Below, one piece after another: positions 1-7,985 of a DNA stretch of 64,000 bases. The notes under the pieces were generated by a model. The model ran no database searches, was not told the DNA's origin, and saw nothing but the letters and a program-made list of their open reading frames with translations. The stretch is taken from contig JBFMAY010000001.1 in the NCBI GenBank assembly GCA_040755455.1, positions 160,001-224,000 on the forward strand, given 5' to 3'. Made by a program: the position numbers and the translations under genes. The stretch comes from Thermodesulfobacteriota bacterium. Its GTDB lineage: Bacteria; Desulfobacterota; Desulfobulbia; Desulfobulbales; SURF-16. Each line of letters starts with the position of its first letter. The first letter of the stretch is position 1.

Positions 1-2
1 CG

Positions 3-3000
3 GGAGATATCGGTCTGCTCGATCTGCGCGACATCCTGGATGTCCGGGCGATCCAGGAGCTGATGAACGATTTTTTCAGTCTGACCCATATCGGCGTCGG
101 CATTATCGATCTGCACGGCAAGGTGGTGGTTGCCACCGGATGGCAGGATATCTGCACCAGATTCCACCGCCGCCACCCTGAAACCTGCCGGAACTGTATG
201 GAAAGCGACACGGAGCTGTCCGCCGGGGTGCCGGCCGGAACCTTCAAGATCTATAAATGCCGGAACAACATGTGGGATATCGCCACCCCGGTCATGGTGG
301 GCGGCAGGCACATGGGCAACCTGTTCCTCGGCCAGTTCTTCTTTGCCGAGGATACCCCGGATCGTGACACCTTCGTGGCCCAGGCAAGGCAATACGGGTT
401 CGCTGAGGATGAGTATTTGGCCGCCCTGGAGCGCGTGCCGCGCTGGAGCCGGGAAACCGTCAACACCATCATGAGCTTCTATGCCCGCTTCACCACCCTG
501 CTTTCCACCCTGAGCTATAGCAACATCAAGCTGGCCCGGACAGTGGAAGAGCGTAGGGAAGCCGAGGAGGCGCTCAGGCAGAGCGAGGCCCGGCTGGCGG
601 AATCCAATCAGCTCATGGCCGGGGTGCTGGATCATACCCACATGATGGTGGCATACCTTGACGCGCGGTTCAACTTCATCTGGGTCAATCGCGCCTATGC
701 CCAAACCTGCGGGCAGGAGCCCGGCTTTTTTCCGGGCAAGAACCACTTCGCCCTCTATCCCCACGAGGAGAATCAGGCCATCTTTCAGCGCGTGGCGGAT
801 ACCGGTGAACCGTTTTTCGTCGCCGCCAAACCGTTTGAGTTTCCCGATCAGCCCGAGCGCGGCGTGACCTACTGGGACTGGAGTCTGGTTCCCACCAGGG
901 ATTCAGCGGGGAAGATCACGGGACTGGTTTTCACCCTGGCCGAGGTCACCAGCCGCATCCGGGCCGAGGAGACCCTCAGGCGGAGCGAGGAACTCCTGAA
1001 TGCCACCCAGCGGCTGACCAAGGTGGGCGGCTGGGAGTGGGATCTGGAAAAACAGACCATGTTCTGGACCGAGGAGGTTTACCGCATCCATGGCCTGAAT
1101 CCTGGCTGCGTCGCGCCGGGCGCGGCCGAACACGTGGCCAGGAGTCTGGAGTGTTACGATCCCGGGGATCGGCCGGTCATCCTGTCCGCCTTTCAGCGCT
1201 GCGCCGAGGAAGGGCAGGCATACGACCTGGAGTTCCCTTTTACGCCCTGCAGCGGAGGCAGGATCTGGATCCGGACCGGGGCCGAGGCCGTAATGGAGGC
1301 AGGTAAAGTGGTGCGGATAGTCGGCAACATCATGGACATCACCGAGCGCAGGCTGGCCGAGGAGACGCTGCGCAACAGTGAAGAGCGTTACCGTCTGCTC
1401 TTTGCGGCCATGGACTCGGCCTTCGCTCTGCACGAGATCCTGCGTGACGCAAACGGTTCGCCCTGCAACTACCGTTTCCTGGAAGTCAATCCTGCCTTTG
1501 AGAGGTTGACCGGGCTCAAGGCCGGGGAACTGATCGGCAAAACGGTTCTCGATGTCCTGCCGGAAACCGAACATCTCTGGGTTGAGCGTTACGGTCATGT
1601 GGTTGACAGCGGCGAGACCATCCATTTTGAGAATTACAGCCGGAATCTGAGCCGGCATTATGCGGTCACCGCTTACCGTCCCCGGCCAGGGCAGTTTGCC
1701 GTGATCTTTATGGACATCACCGAGCGGAAGAGGGCCGAGACGGAACGGGAACGGCTGCTCATGGCCATCGAGCAGTCCGGCGAGGTCATCGTCATCACCG
1801 ACCCTGATGGCATCATCCAGTATGTCAATCCGGCCTTTGAGCGGGCAACGGGCTACAGCCGTGACGAAGTCCTGGGCCAGAACCTGCGCCTGTTGAAGAG
1901 CGGCCGACAGGAGGAGGCCTTTTATGAGGAAATGTGGCGGGTGATCTCCGGAGGCGGGAACTGGCGGGGACGTTTCGTCAATAAACGCAAGGACGGCACG
2001 CTTTTTACCGAGGAGGCCAGCATCTCGCCGGTGCGGGACACCCAAGGCCGGATCGTCAATTACGTGGCGGTCAAGCGCGATATCACGGAGCATCTGCGCA
2101 TTTCCGAAGAGAATGCCAAGCTGGAGGCCCAGTTTCAGCAGGCCCAGAAGCTTGAGTCCGTCGGCCGTCTGGCCGGCGGCGTGGCCCATGATCTCAACAA
2201 CCTGCTCACCCCGATTCTCGGTTACGCAGAGATGCTGCTGGATGATTTCAGCGAGGAAGACGGGCGCAGGGTGGACATGGCAGAGATCGTCAAGGCGGGC
2301 ATGCGGGCCCGGGATCTGGTGCGCCAGCTCCTGGTTCTCAGTCGCAAGCAGGTGATGGAGTTGAAATCCATCGATGTCAACAACCTGCTGACCCAGTTTG
2401 ACAAGCTGCTGCGCCGCACGATCCGCGAGGATGTCGCCATTGATCTCATTCTGGCCCCGTCGCTGCCGCTCATCAAGGGTGATATCGGGCAGCTGGAGCA
2501 GGTGATCATGAATCTGGCGGTCAACGCCCAGGACGCCATGCCAGACGGTGGCAGGCTGACCATGGAAACGGAGATGGTCGCGGTGGATGAGGTCTATGCC
2601 GCGGGGAAACCCGGCATGCTCCCCGGCCCTTACGTCAGGTTGACCATCAGCGACACGGGCTGCGGCATGGACGCCGAGACCTGCAGGCACATCTTCGAGC
2701 CGTTTTTCACCACCAAGGAAAAGGACCAGGGTACCGGACTGGGCCTGGCCACCGTCTACGGCATTGTCAAGCAGCACGGCGGCAGTATCTGGGTCTACAG
2801 CGAACCCGGCCACGGCTCAACCTTCAAGATATATTTTCCTGTTGCCGAGGCCCAGGCTGCGGCGGAGGAAGTCGTTGCGGCAAAACCCGCAGACAGGGAT
2901 GGCTCCGAAACCATTCTGCTGGTGGAGGACAATGAGCAGGTGCGCAATCTCGCCCGGGCCATTCTCAGCCGGCGGGGCTACTCGCTCCTCATCGCCCAGG

Positions 3001-3287
3001 ACGGCAGCGATGCGCTGCGCATCCTCGCCCGGCACCATGGGCCGCTGCACCTGATACTGACCGACGTGATCATGCCCGGCATGAGCGGCAAGGAGCTTTT
3101 TGACCGGGTTGCCGCTCTTTACTCTGATATGAAGGTGCTTTACATGTCGGGCTATACCGATAATGTCATTGCCCAGCGCGGCGTGCTTGACCAGGGCATT
3201 CACTTCATCCAGAAACCTTTCACCGTCACGGGCCTGCTGGCCAAGGTGCGGGAAGCGCTGGATCAGGCTTCCCGCAGCGCCAGCTGA
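3..3287 (+). CDS. PocR + multi-PAS hybrid sensor histidine kinase/response regulator (5'-truncated by window)
   Basis: Frame is open from base 3 (GDIGLLDLRDILDVRAIQELM...). PocR-type motifs WQDICTRFHR and YKCRNNMWDIATP, several PAS/PAC repeats, H-box AGGVAHDLNN, G-boxes DTGCGM and GTGLGL, C-terminal receiver (LLVEDN...LTDVIMPGM). Confidence 0.93.
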   Translation, partial: GDIGLLDLRDILDVRAIQELMNDFFSLTHIGVGIIDLHGKVVVATGWQDICTRFHRRHPETCRNCMESDTELSAGVPAGTFKIYKCRNNMWDIATPVMVGGRHMGNLFLGQFFFAEDTPDRDTFVAQARQYGFAEDEYLAALERVPRWSRETVNTIMSFYARFTTLLSTLSYSNIKLARTVEERREAEEALRQSEARLAESNQLMAGVLDHTHMMVAYLDARFNFIWVNRAYAQTCGQEPGFFPGKNHFALYPHEENQAIFQRVADTGEPFFVAAKPFEFPDQPERGVTYWDWSLVPTRDSAGKITGLVFTLAEVTSRIRAEETLRRSEELLNATQRLTKVGGWEWDLEKQTMFWTEEVYRIHGLNPGCVAPGAAEHVARSLECYDPGDRPVILSAFQRCAEEGQAYDLEFPFTPCSGGRIWIRTGAEAVMEAGKVVRIVGNIMDITERRLAEETLRNSEERYRLLFAAMDSAFALHEILRDANGSPCNYRFLEVNPAFERLTGLKAGELIGKTVLDVLPETEHLWVERYGHVVDSGETIHFENYSRNLSRHYAVTAYRPRPGQFAVIFMDITERKRAETERERLLMAIEQSGEVIVITDPDGIIQYVNPAFERATGYSRDEVLGQNLRLLKSGRQEEAFYEEMWRVISGGGNWRGRFVNKRKDGTLFTEEASISPVRDTQGRIVNYVAVKRDITEHLRISEENAKLEAQFQQAQKLESVGRLAGGVAHDLNNLLTPILGYAEMLLDDFSEEDGRRVDMAEIVKAGMRARDLVRQLLVLSRKQVMELKSIDVNNLLTQFDKLLRRTIREDVAIDLILAPSLPLIKGDIGQLEQVIMNLAVNAQDAMPDGGRLTMETEMVAVDEVYAAGKPGMLPGPYVRLTISDTGCGMDAETCRHIFEPFFTTKEKDQGTGLGLATVYGIVKQHGGSIWVYSEPGHGSTFKIYFPVAEAQAAAEEVVAAKPADRDGSETILLVEDNEQVRNLARAILSRRGYSLLIAQDGSDALRILARHHGPLHLILTDVIMPGMSGKELFDRVAALYSDMKVLYMSGYTDNVIAQRGVLDQGIHFIQKPFTVTGLLAKVREALDQASRSAS

Positions 3288-3365
3288 TTCCCCTTCAGCT
3301 CCGGCCTCCCGCCCTACCTTGCCGCCTGCCTCGGGTGCCTGAGGGGATTTGCGGCAGGCGGGATT

Positions 3366-3403
3366 TCGACATTTTGTTGTCCGGGCTCGACAAAAGTGTC
3401 GAG
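3366..3403. promoter_or_regulatory. Tandem palindromic activator sites (putative sigma54 enhancer-binding protein UAS)
   Basis: CTCGACA-AAAG-TGTCGAG at 3386-3403 plus a related copy TCGACATTTTGTTG at 3366-3379, about 110-140 bp upstream of a -24/-12-like element. Confidence 0.5.
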
Positions 3404-3509
3404 GAACAGGGGTGAAAAAGGCCGTTTCCCCTGGTGGGCTGTCCGTCGTTATCCGGCAAAGTGAAGAAAAAAACCATGATATCCATATGTTATGGAATTA
3501 ATTATTGCG

Positions 3510-3526
3510 TTGGCACGCAAGTTGAA
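3510..3526 (+). promoter_or_regulatory. Putative sigma54 (-24/-12) promoter
   Basis: TTGGCACGCAAGTTGAA: perfect -24 box TGGCACG and correct spacing, with -12 TTGA instead of TTGC. Lies upstream of a ZraP-like gene. Confidence 0.55.
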
Positions 3527-3590
3527 AAACAGAATAAGCAAACAGCGTAATTTTTCCCTTAACATATTTTTTCAACACAGGAGGATCATC

Positions 3591-4061
3591 ATGAAAAAGG
3601 TACTGGCAGCAATGGCTTTAGCGGCAACAATCGGTTTGTTCGGCATCCAGCAGGCAGACGCCCAGCGCGGCCCGATGGGCTGGGGTGGCGGGCCTGCCGG
3701 GGCAAACTGCTGGAAGGCAAACGCCGGGCAGAATGTGCAGGTCATGGATGAGGAAACCAAAAAAGCGTATAATGCCTTTATGGACGCCACGGTTGACCTG
3801 CGCAAGGAAATGTTCAGCAAAAGTGAACAGATGCGAGCCTTGACCTTTGCGGCAGATCCGGATGAAGCAAAAATCGATGTGCTGGCCAAGGAAATGTTTG
3901 ACCTGCGCGCCCAGATTCAGGAAAAGGCTGACGAGCTTGGCTGGCAGGGCGGCATCGGCGGTCCCGGCTTTGGCTGCGGCGGCCCCGGCCCCGGCCGCGG
4001 CATGGGCATGGGCATGGGTTGCGGGCGGGGTGGCAATGGCCCCTGCCCTAAATGGAATTAA
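3591..4061 (+). CDS. Periplasmic ZraP/Spy/CpxP-family protein
   Basis: AGGAGG SD before ATG 3591; signal peptide MKKVLAAMALAA...; helical core LRKEMFSK...DPDEAKIDVLAKEMFDLR; Gly/Met/Cys-rich tails. Confidence 0.8.
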   Translation: MKKVLAAMALAATIGLFGIQQADAQRGPMGWGGGPAGANCWKANAGQNVQVMDEETKKAYNAFMDATVDLRKEMFSKSEQMRALTFAADPDEAKIDVLAKEMFDLRAQIQEKADELGWQGGIGGPGFGCGGPGPGRGMGMGMGCGRGGNGPCPKWN

Positions 4062-4097
4062 TAATAGAGTTTCACCTCATTTTCTCTCCCCCTCTCC

Positions 4098-4141
4098 TCA
4101 ATAAAAAAGCCCCTGCCGTACGGCAGGGGCTTTTTTATTGA
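4098..4141. terminator. Bidirectional intrinsic terminator (perfect 44-bp palindrome)
   Basis: TCAATAAAAAAGCCCCTGCCGT|ACGGCAGGGGCTTTTTTATTGA, directly after the zraP-like gene. Confidence 0.9.
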
Positions 4142-4352
4142 CCCAGAAAGTCCTTACGATCCCATTGCTTTTTCACGGCGCCAGCACAGTGCGTTCAGCG
4201 GCAAAGAGAACGCGCGGATCTTGCAATTCGGACATATGCAACCAGCCTCTGATGAAGGTCTCTGTCTTTTGCTGCGGGGCGGATCGTGGTATAGTGCGGA
4301 AAAGCAATCCGCCCCGGCCAGCATTTAGCGGCAATGACAGAGGAAAACAACC

Positions 4353-5081
4353 ATGCCTGATTTACAGAAAACCCTGGGATATCGTTATCTACATGACACC
4401 AAGTTTACCAGAAAAAATATCAGAGAAAAAGAAAGACCTGCCATCGCCCCGGCCCCGGCCTTTAAAGATTATCCGGCCGCGGAAAAGATTGCTTTGCCGG
4501 TAAACCCGGCAAAGCCACCGGCTGATCTGTGGCAGCTGCTGCAGCACCGGCGGTCCGAACGCCGATTTTCCGGCAGGCCCCTGAGCCTCGATGATCTTGC
4601 CCTCCTGCTCTGGGCCTGCCAGGGGGTAACCGCCCAGGCCGGGCCCTATCTGCTGCGCACCGCCCCGTCGGCGGGCGCCCTGTATCCCATTGAAACCTAT
4701 GTGGCGGCTGATCATGTTGGCGGACTGCCGCCCGGTCTGTTTCATTTCAACGTCCGAACATTCCAGCTTGAACGGCTGACGGACAGGGCGGTCGGACCTC
4801 TGGTGGCCCGGGCAGCCCTTGATCAGTCCTTTATCGGCCAGGCGGCGGCGGTTTTTATCTGGTCGGCGGTCCTGCGGCGCAACATGGCGAAATACGGCCA
4901 GCGGGGCATGCGCTATATCTGCATGGATGCCGCCCATATTTGTCAGAATCTGCTGCTGGCCGCCGGGGCGCTGGGCCGGCGGAGCTGTCCCGTGGCGGCA
5001 ATGTATGATGATGAACTCAATGACCTGCTGGGGCTTGACGGGGTGGAGGAGAGTGTGATCTCTCTGGCGCCGGTGGGCTGA
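4353..5081 (+). CDS. SagB/ThcOx-family nitroreductase-like dehydrogenase
   Basis: Motifs RRSERRF, RTAPSAGALYPIETY, KYGQRGMRY and DAAHICQN. Confidence 0.9.
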   Translation: MPDLQKTLGYRYLHDTKFTRKNIREKERPAIAPAPAFKDYPAAEKIALPVNPAKPPADLWQLLQHRRSERRFSGRPLSLDDLALLLWACQGVTAQAGPYLLRTAPSAGALYPIETYVAADHVGGLPPGLFHFNVRTFQLERLTDRAVGPLVARAALDQSFIGQAAAVFIWSAVLRRNMAKYGQRGMRYICMDAAHICQNLLLAAGALGRRSCPVAAMYDDELNDLLGLDGVEESVISLAPVG

Positions 5082-5096
5082 TGGACGATTGCGGCC

Positions 5097-6884
5097 TTAC
5101 TTGCTGAGTTTGGGCACGGAGCGGCATTCAAGAAAGATCCGATTGCTACAGCGGCCGCAGATCTGCCGGTCAAGCTTGGCGAAAATCCCGGCAATGGCCT
5201 CCGCCTTGGATTCGTAAAGGTAGTCCGTACCGATATCAAGCAGATAGCCGGTCAGCCTGAAATGGGAGCAGATGCCCTCCTTGATGCCGTACAGGTACAG
5301 TCTGCCCCCTGCTTCCTTTCGCTCTTTGGCCAGATGGACAAGAAATTCCGCTCCGGCCATGTCGATGAAGTTGATGCCGCTCGCCACCACCAGCAGATGT
5401 TTCTGGTCGGGATTTTCGCATTGCATCTCCTGCAGTCTCTCCTGGACATGGTTCACCGCCCCGAAGTAGAGAGAGCCGTCGATACGGATGATTTTCAGTT
5501 GCGGACACTCCGGCAGTACGGGGTCGGTGACGAAAGGCCGTTCATCAAGACGCGGGTCCGGCACCCGGGTGAGAATGCGCGGGTGGGAGGTGCGGTTGAG
5601 GTACATGACCAGGGAGAAGATAACCCCAAGCAGAATGGCGAACTCAAGCTCCAGAAACAGGGTGGCGAAAAAGGTGGTGCACATGATGACGCTTTCGGCA
5701 CGGCTGGTCCTGAATATCTTGCCTATATGGCGGAAATCCATGAGGCCCCAGGCAACCAGAAAAAGAATACCGGCCATGGCCGCGTTGGGCAGAAAAGCGG
5801 CAAGAGGGGCGATCAGGATGACAAGAACGATAAGCAGTACACCGGCAAACACGGCGGCCAGCGGGGTTTTGGCCCCGGCCTGATAGTTCAGCCCGCTGCG
5901 GTTGAATGAACCGGTAGCCACATATCCCGAGAAAAAACAGCCGACCATGTTTGACAGCCCCTGGCCGATGAACTCCTGGTTGCAGTCCAGGTTCTGCCCG
6001 GTCCGGTCGGCCAGGGAGCGGGCGATGGACACGGCCTCGGTCAGGGCAAAGAGGGTTGTTGCCAACGCTGCCGGGGCCAGCATGGTGATATTGGTCAGGG
6101 TGATATGGGGGGCAGACAGGGGCGGCAGGGTTGACGGCAGGGCGCCCACAGAGGCAATCTGCGTCACCTCAGGCCCCAGCATGCGGGACATGAGCAAAGC
6201 AGCAAGGCTGCCCGCCAGCATGGAGACTATCATGTAGGGGAATTTCGGCCAGAAACGCCTGACCAGCAGGCCGGTAACCAAGGTGATCACGCCCACGGCT
6301 GCGACATAGGGGTTGATTTCGTCCCAGTGGCTGATCACCCCATGGATCGTCTCATGAAAATGCCTGGTCCGGGGCAGAATAAGCCCCAGGAAATGCTTGA
6401 ATTGACTGGAGGCAATGAGGATGGCCGCCCCCGCGGTGAAGCCCACCACCACGGAATGGGAAATGAAATTGACCAGGGTGCCGAAACGGGCCAGGCCCAT
6501 GATAAACTGGATGAGCCCCACCATCATGGTGAGCGTCAGGGCAAGCTCAACGTACTCCGCGCTGCCCGGCGCCGCATGGATGCTGAGCGAGGAAAAGAGG
6601 ACGATGGATGCCGCCGTGGTCGGTCCTGAAACCAGCAGCCAGGAAGAGCCGAACAGCGCGGCCACAATGGCCGGCACCATGCCGGCATAAAGACCGTATT
6701 CCGGCGGCATGCCGGCGATGGTGGCAAAGGCCACCCCCTGGGGCAGGGCAACGATGGCGCCGGTGAGGCCGGCGATCAGATCAGCGCGGCAGGTCCTGGC
6801 GGTAACTCGGGGCCACCATTTCAGGAAGGGAAGAAAGTAACTCTGCCAGTTTTGCTGGTCAGCATGGCAACATTTTTGTTCCAT
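5097..6884 (-). CDS. sulP: SulP/SLC26-family anion transporter with STAS domain
   Basis: DLIAGLTGAIVALPQGVAFA, NQEFIGQGLSN, TGSFNRS and STAS motif RIDGSLYFG; Cys-rich C-terminal tail. Confidence 0.93.
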   Translation of the reverse strand: MEQKCCHADQQNWQSYFLPFLKWWPRVTARTCRADLIAGLTGAIVALPQGVAFATIAGMPPEYGLYAGMVPAIVAALFGSSWLLVSGPTTAASIVLFSSLSIHAAPGSAEYVELALTLTMMVGLIQFIMGLARFGTLVNFISHSVVVGFTAGAAILIASSQFKHFLGLILPRTRHFHETIHGVISHWDEINPYVAAVGVITLVTGLLVRRFWPKFPYMIVSMLAGSLAALLMSRMLGPEVTQIASVGALPSTLPPLSAPHITLTNITMLAPAALATTLFALTEAVSIARSLADRTGQNLDCNQEFIGQGLSNMVGCFFSGYVATGSFNRSGLNYQAGAKTPLAAVFAGVLLIVLVILIAPLAAFLPNAAMAGILFLVAWGLMDFRHIGKIFRTSRAESVIMCTTFFATLFLELEFAILLGVIFSLVMYLNRTSHPRILTRVPDPRLDERPFVTDPVLPECPQLKIIRIDGSLYFGAVNHVQERLQEMQCENPDQKHLLVVASGINFIDMAGAEFLVHLAKERKEAGGRLYLYGIKEGICSHFRLTGYLLDIGTDYLYESKAEAIAGIFAKLDRQICGRCSNRIFLECRSVPKLSK

Positions 6885-7148
6885 TTCATCAGCCGGATAA
6901 AAGAGTTTGAGAAAATGATGGTTGCCGATTTGCCGATAAACAGACGGAAATGACCGGTCTGCCCGGTTGTTTTCATGATGCCTGACTTAGGTGTAACCTC
7001 TTTATAGTATATCCAAAAGATGAAGGCAAGAGACAATCACAGGGCATTTTTTTCTTGAAAATGAAGGTGTTGCCGCCGGAGGCCACGGCGGGCCTGGCGT
7101 TGCATTTTAAAATCGCTGCCCCAGCTGGCATTGCTGCTTATGGTCCTG

Positions 7149-7289
7149 CAGGGCGTGACCGCCGCCCATATTTATTGAGGGATCATCCCCTTTGTCCTGC
7201 TGCAGCGTGCCGGGCTGCTGCTGGTTTTTGTCTTCCCCGGTCAGATCAGCTGCTTGCTGGAGAGTCGCCGCCTTTTCCCCGGATCATAA
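7149..7289 (+). pseudogene. Remnant of a TRAP transporter large permease (DctM-like) C-terminus
   Basis: Translates QGVTAAHIY*GIIPFVLLQRAGLLLVFVFPG, resembling the DctM end (…VTTGHIYRGIIPFVLLQL…FP). In-frame TGA at 7176 and no N-terminal part. Confidence 0.6.
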
Positions 7290-7516
7290 ATTGCAAGATA
7301 ATTCACTTGAAAAGCAAACATCTATGGTGTAGTTGATATTGAGCGCAGTCCGTGCTGACGAGGGCAGTTCCGGGGTGCAAATCAAATAATGGAAAGAACA
7401 TGGAACGGTCTGCCGGGGAAGGACTGTGTGCGACATGACGGGATGCGCTATGCGTGGTTGAGGGCTTGCGTTGAGAAAAGTGGAGTGAAGAGCAACCTTT
7501 TGTCGAGGTAACGGGA

Positions 7517-7828
7517 ATGACGAGTAATTTGCGCGATAATTCGTTGGATGGCAGGCTTGCCCAGAGAATTTCGGCGGAAAAATTTGCCGAAAATTCTCCA
7601 ATGTCACTGACGATCCGCAATGTGAGAATGGAAACCGTGGAGGCCACCCTGTTAAACATCAGCGAAACGGGCATGGCTGTCGTCACCAATCATGAACTTG
7701 TCCTCGGCCAACTGGTAAGCATTACGGCAAACATCAAAAACAAAATTCCCAACAAGGCCGTGGTCATGTGGTCGTGCAAGGAAGACAGCGGCTTCCGCGC
7801 CGGGTTAAGGTTTGTCAGCTCCTTGTGA
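7517..7828 (+). CDS. PilZ-domain protein
   Basis: R-x3-R-like N-terminus (RLAQR), NISETGM ([D/N]xSxxG), and a VVMW...RAGLRF C-terminus. Confidence 0.8.
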   Translation: MTSNLRDNSLDGRLAQRISAEKFAENSPMSLTIRNVRMETVEATLLNISETGMAVVTNHELVLGQLVSITANIKNKIPNKAVVMWSCKEDSGFRAGLRFVSSL

Positions 7829-7985
7829 TTGTCCTTTGTCGAATCGTTATCAGTCCGGCCTAACTTTCTGCCGATCATTGACGGGAGGTTGGGCATTTTT
7901 TTTATGATCTTCCAGTAAACCAGAGATTTGCATTATTTCACCATCAACGTTGTCATTTTCTTTGCTTAAAAAAACAGGAGCCGGC

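Noticed and set aside
903..2813. 636-aa minus-strand ORF
   Set aside because: Antisense shadow of the hybrid kinase, typical of high-GC DNA, with no motifs.
4353..5081. RiPP (thiazole/oxazole) biosynthetic cluster around the SagB-like gene
   Set aside because: No YcaO cyclodehydratase or precursor peptide is nearby, and stand-alone members are common in anaerobes.
7176..7178. Selenocysteine TGA
   Set aside because: It falls at an expected Arg position of a membrane-protein fragment with no start and no evident SECIS; a nonsense mutation is more likely.
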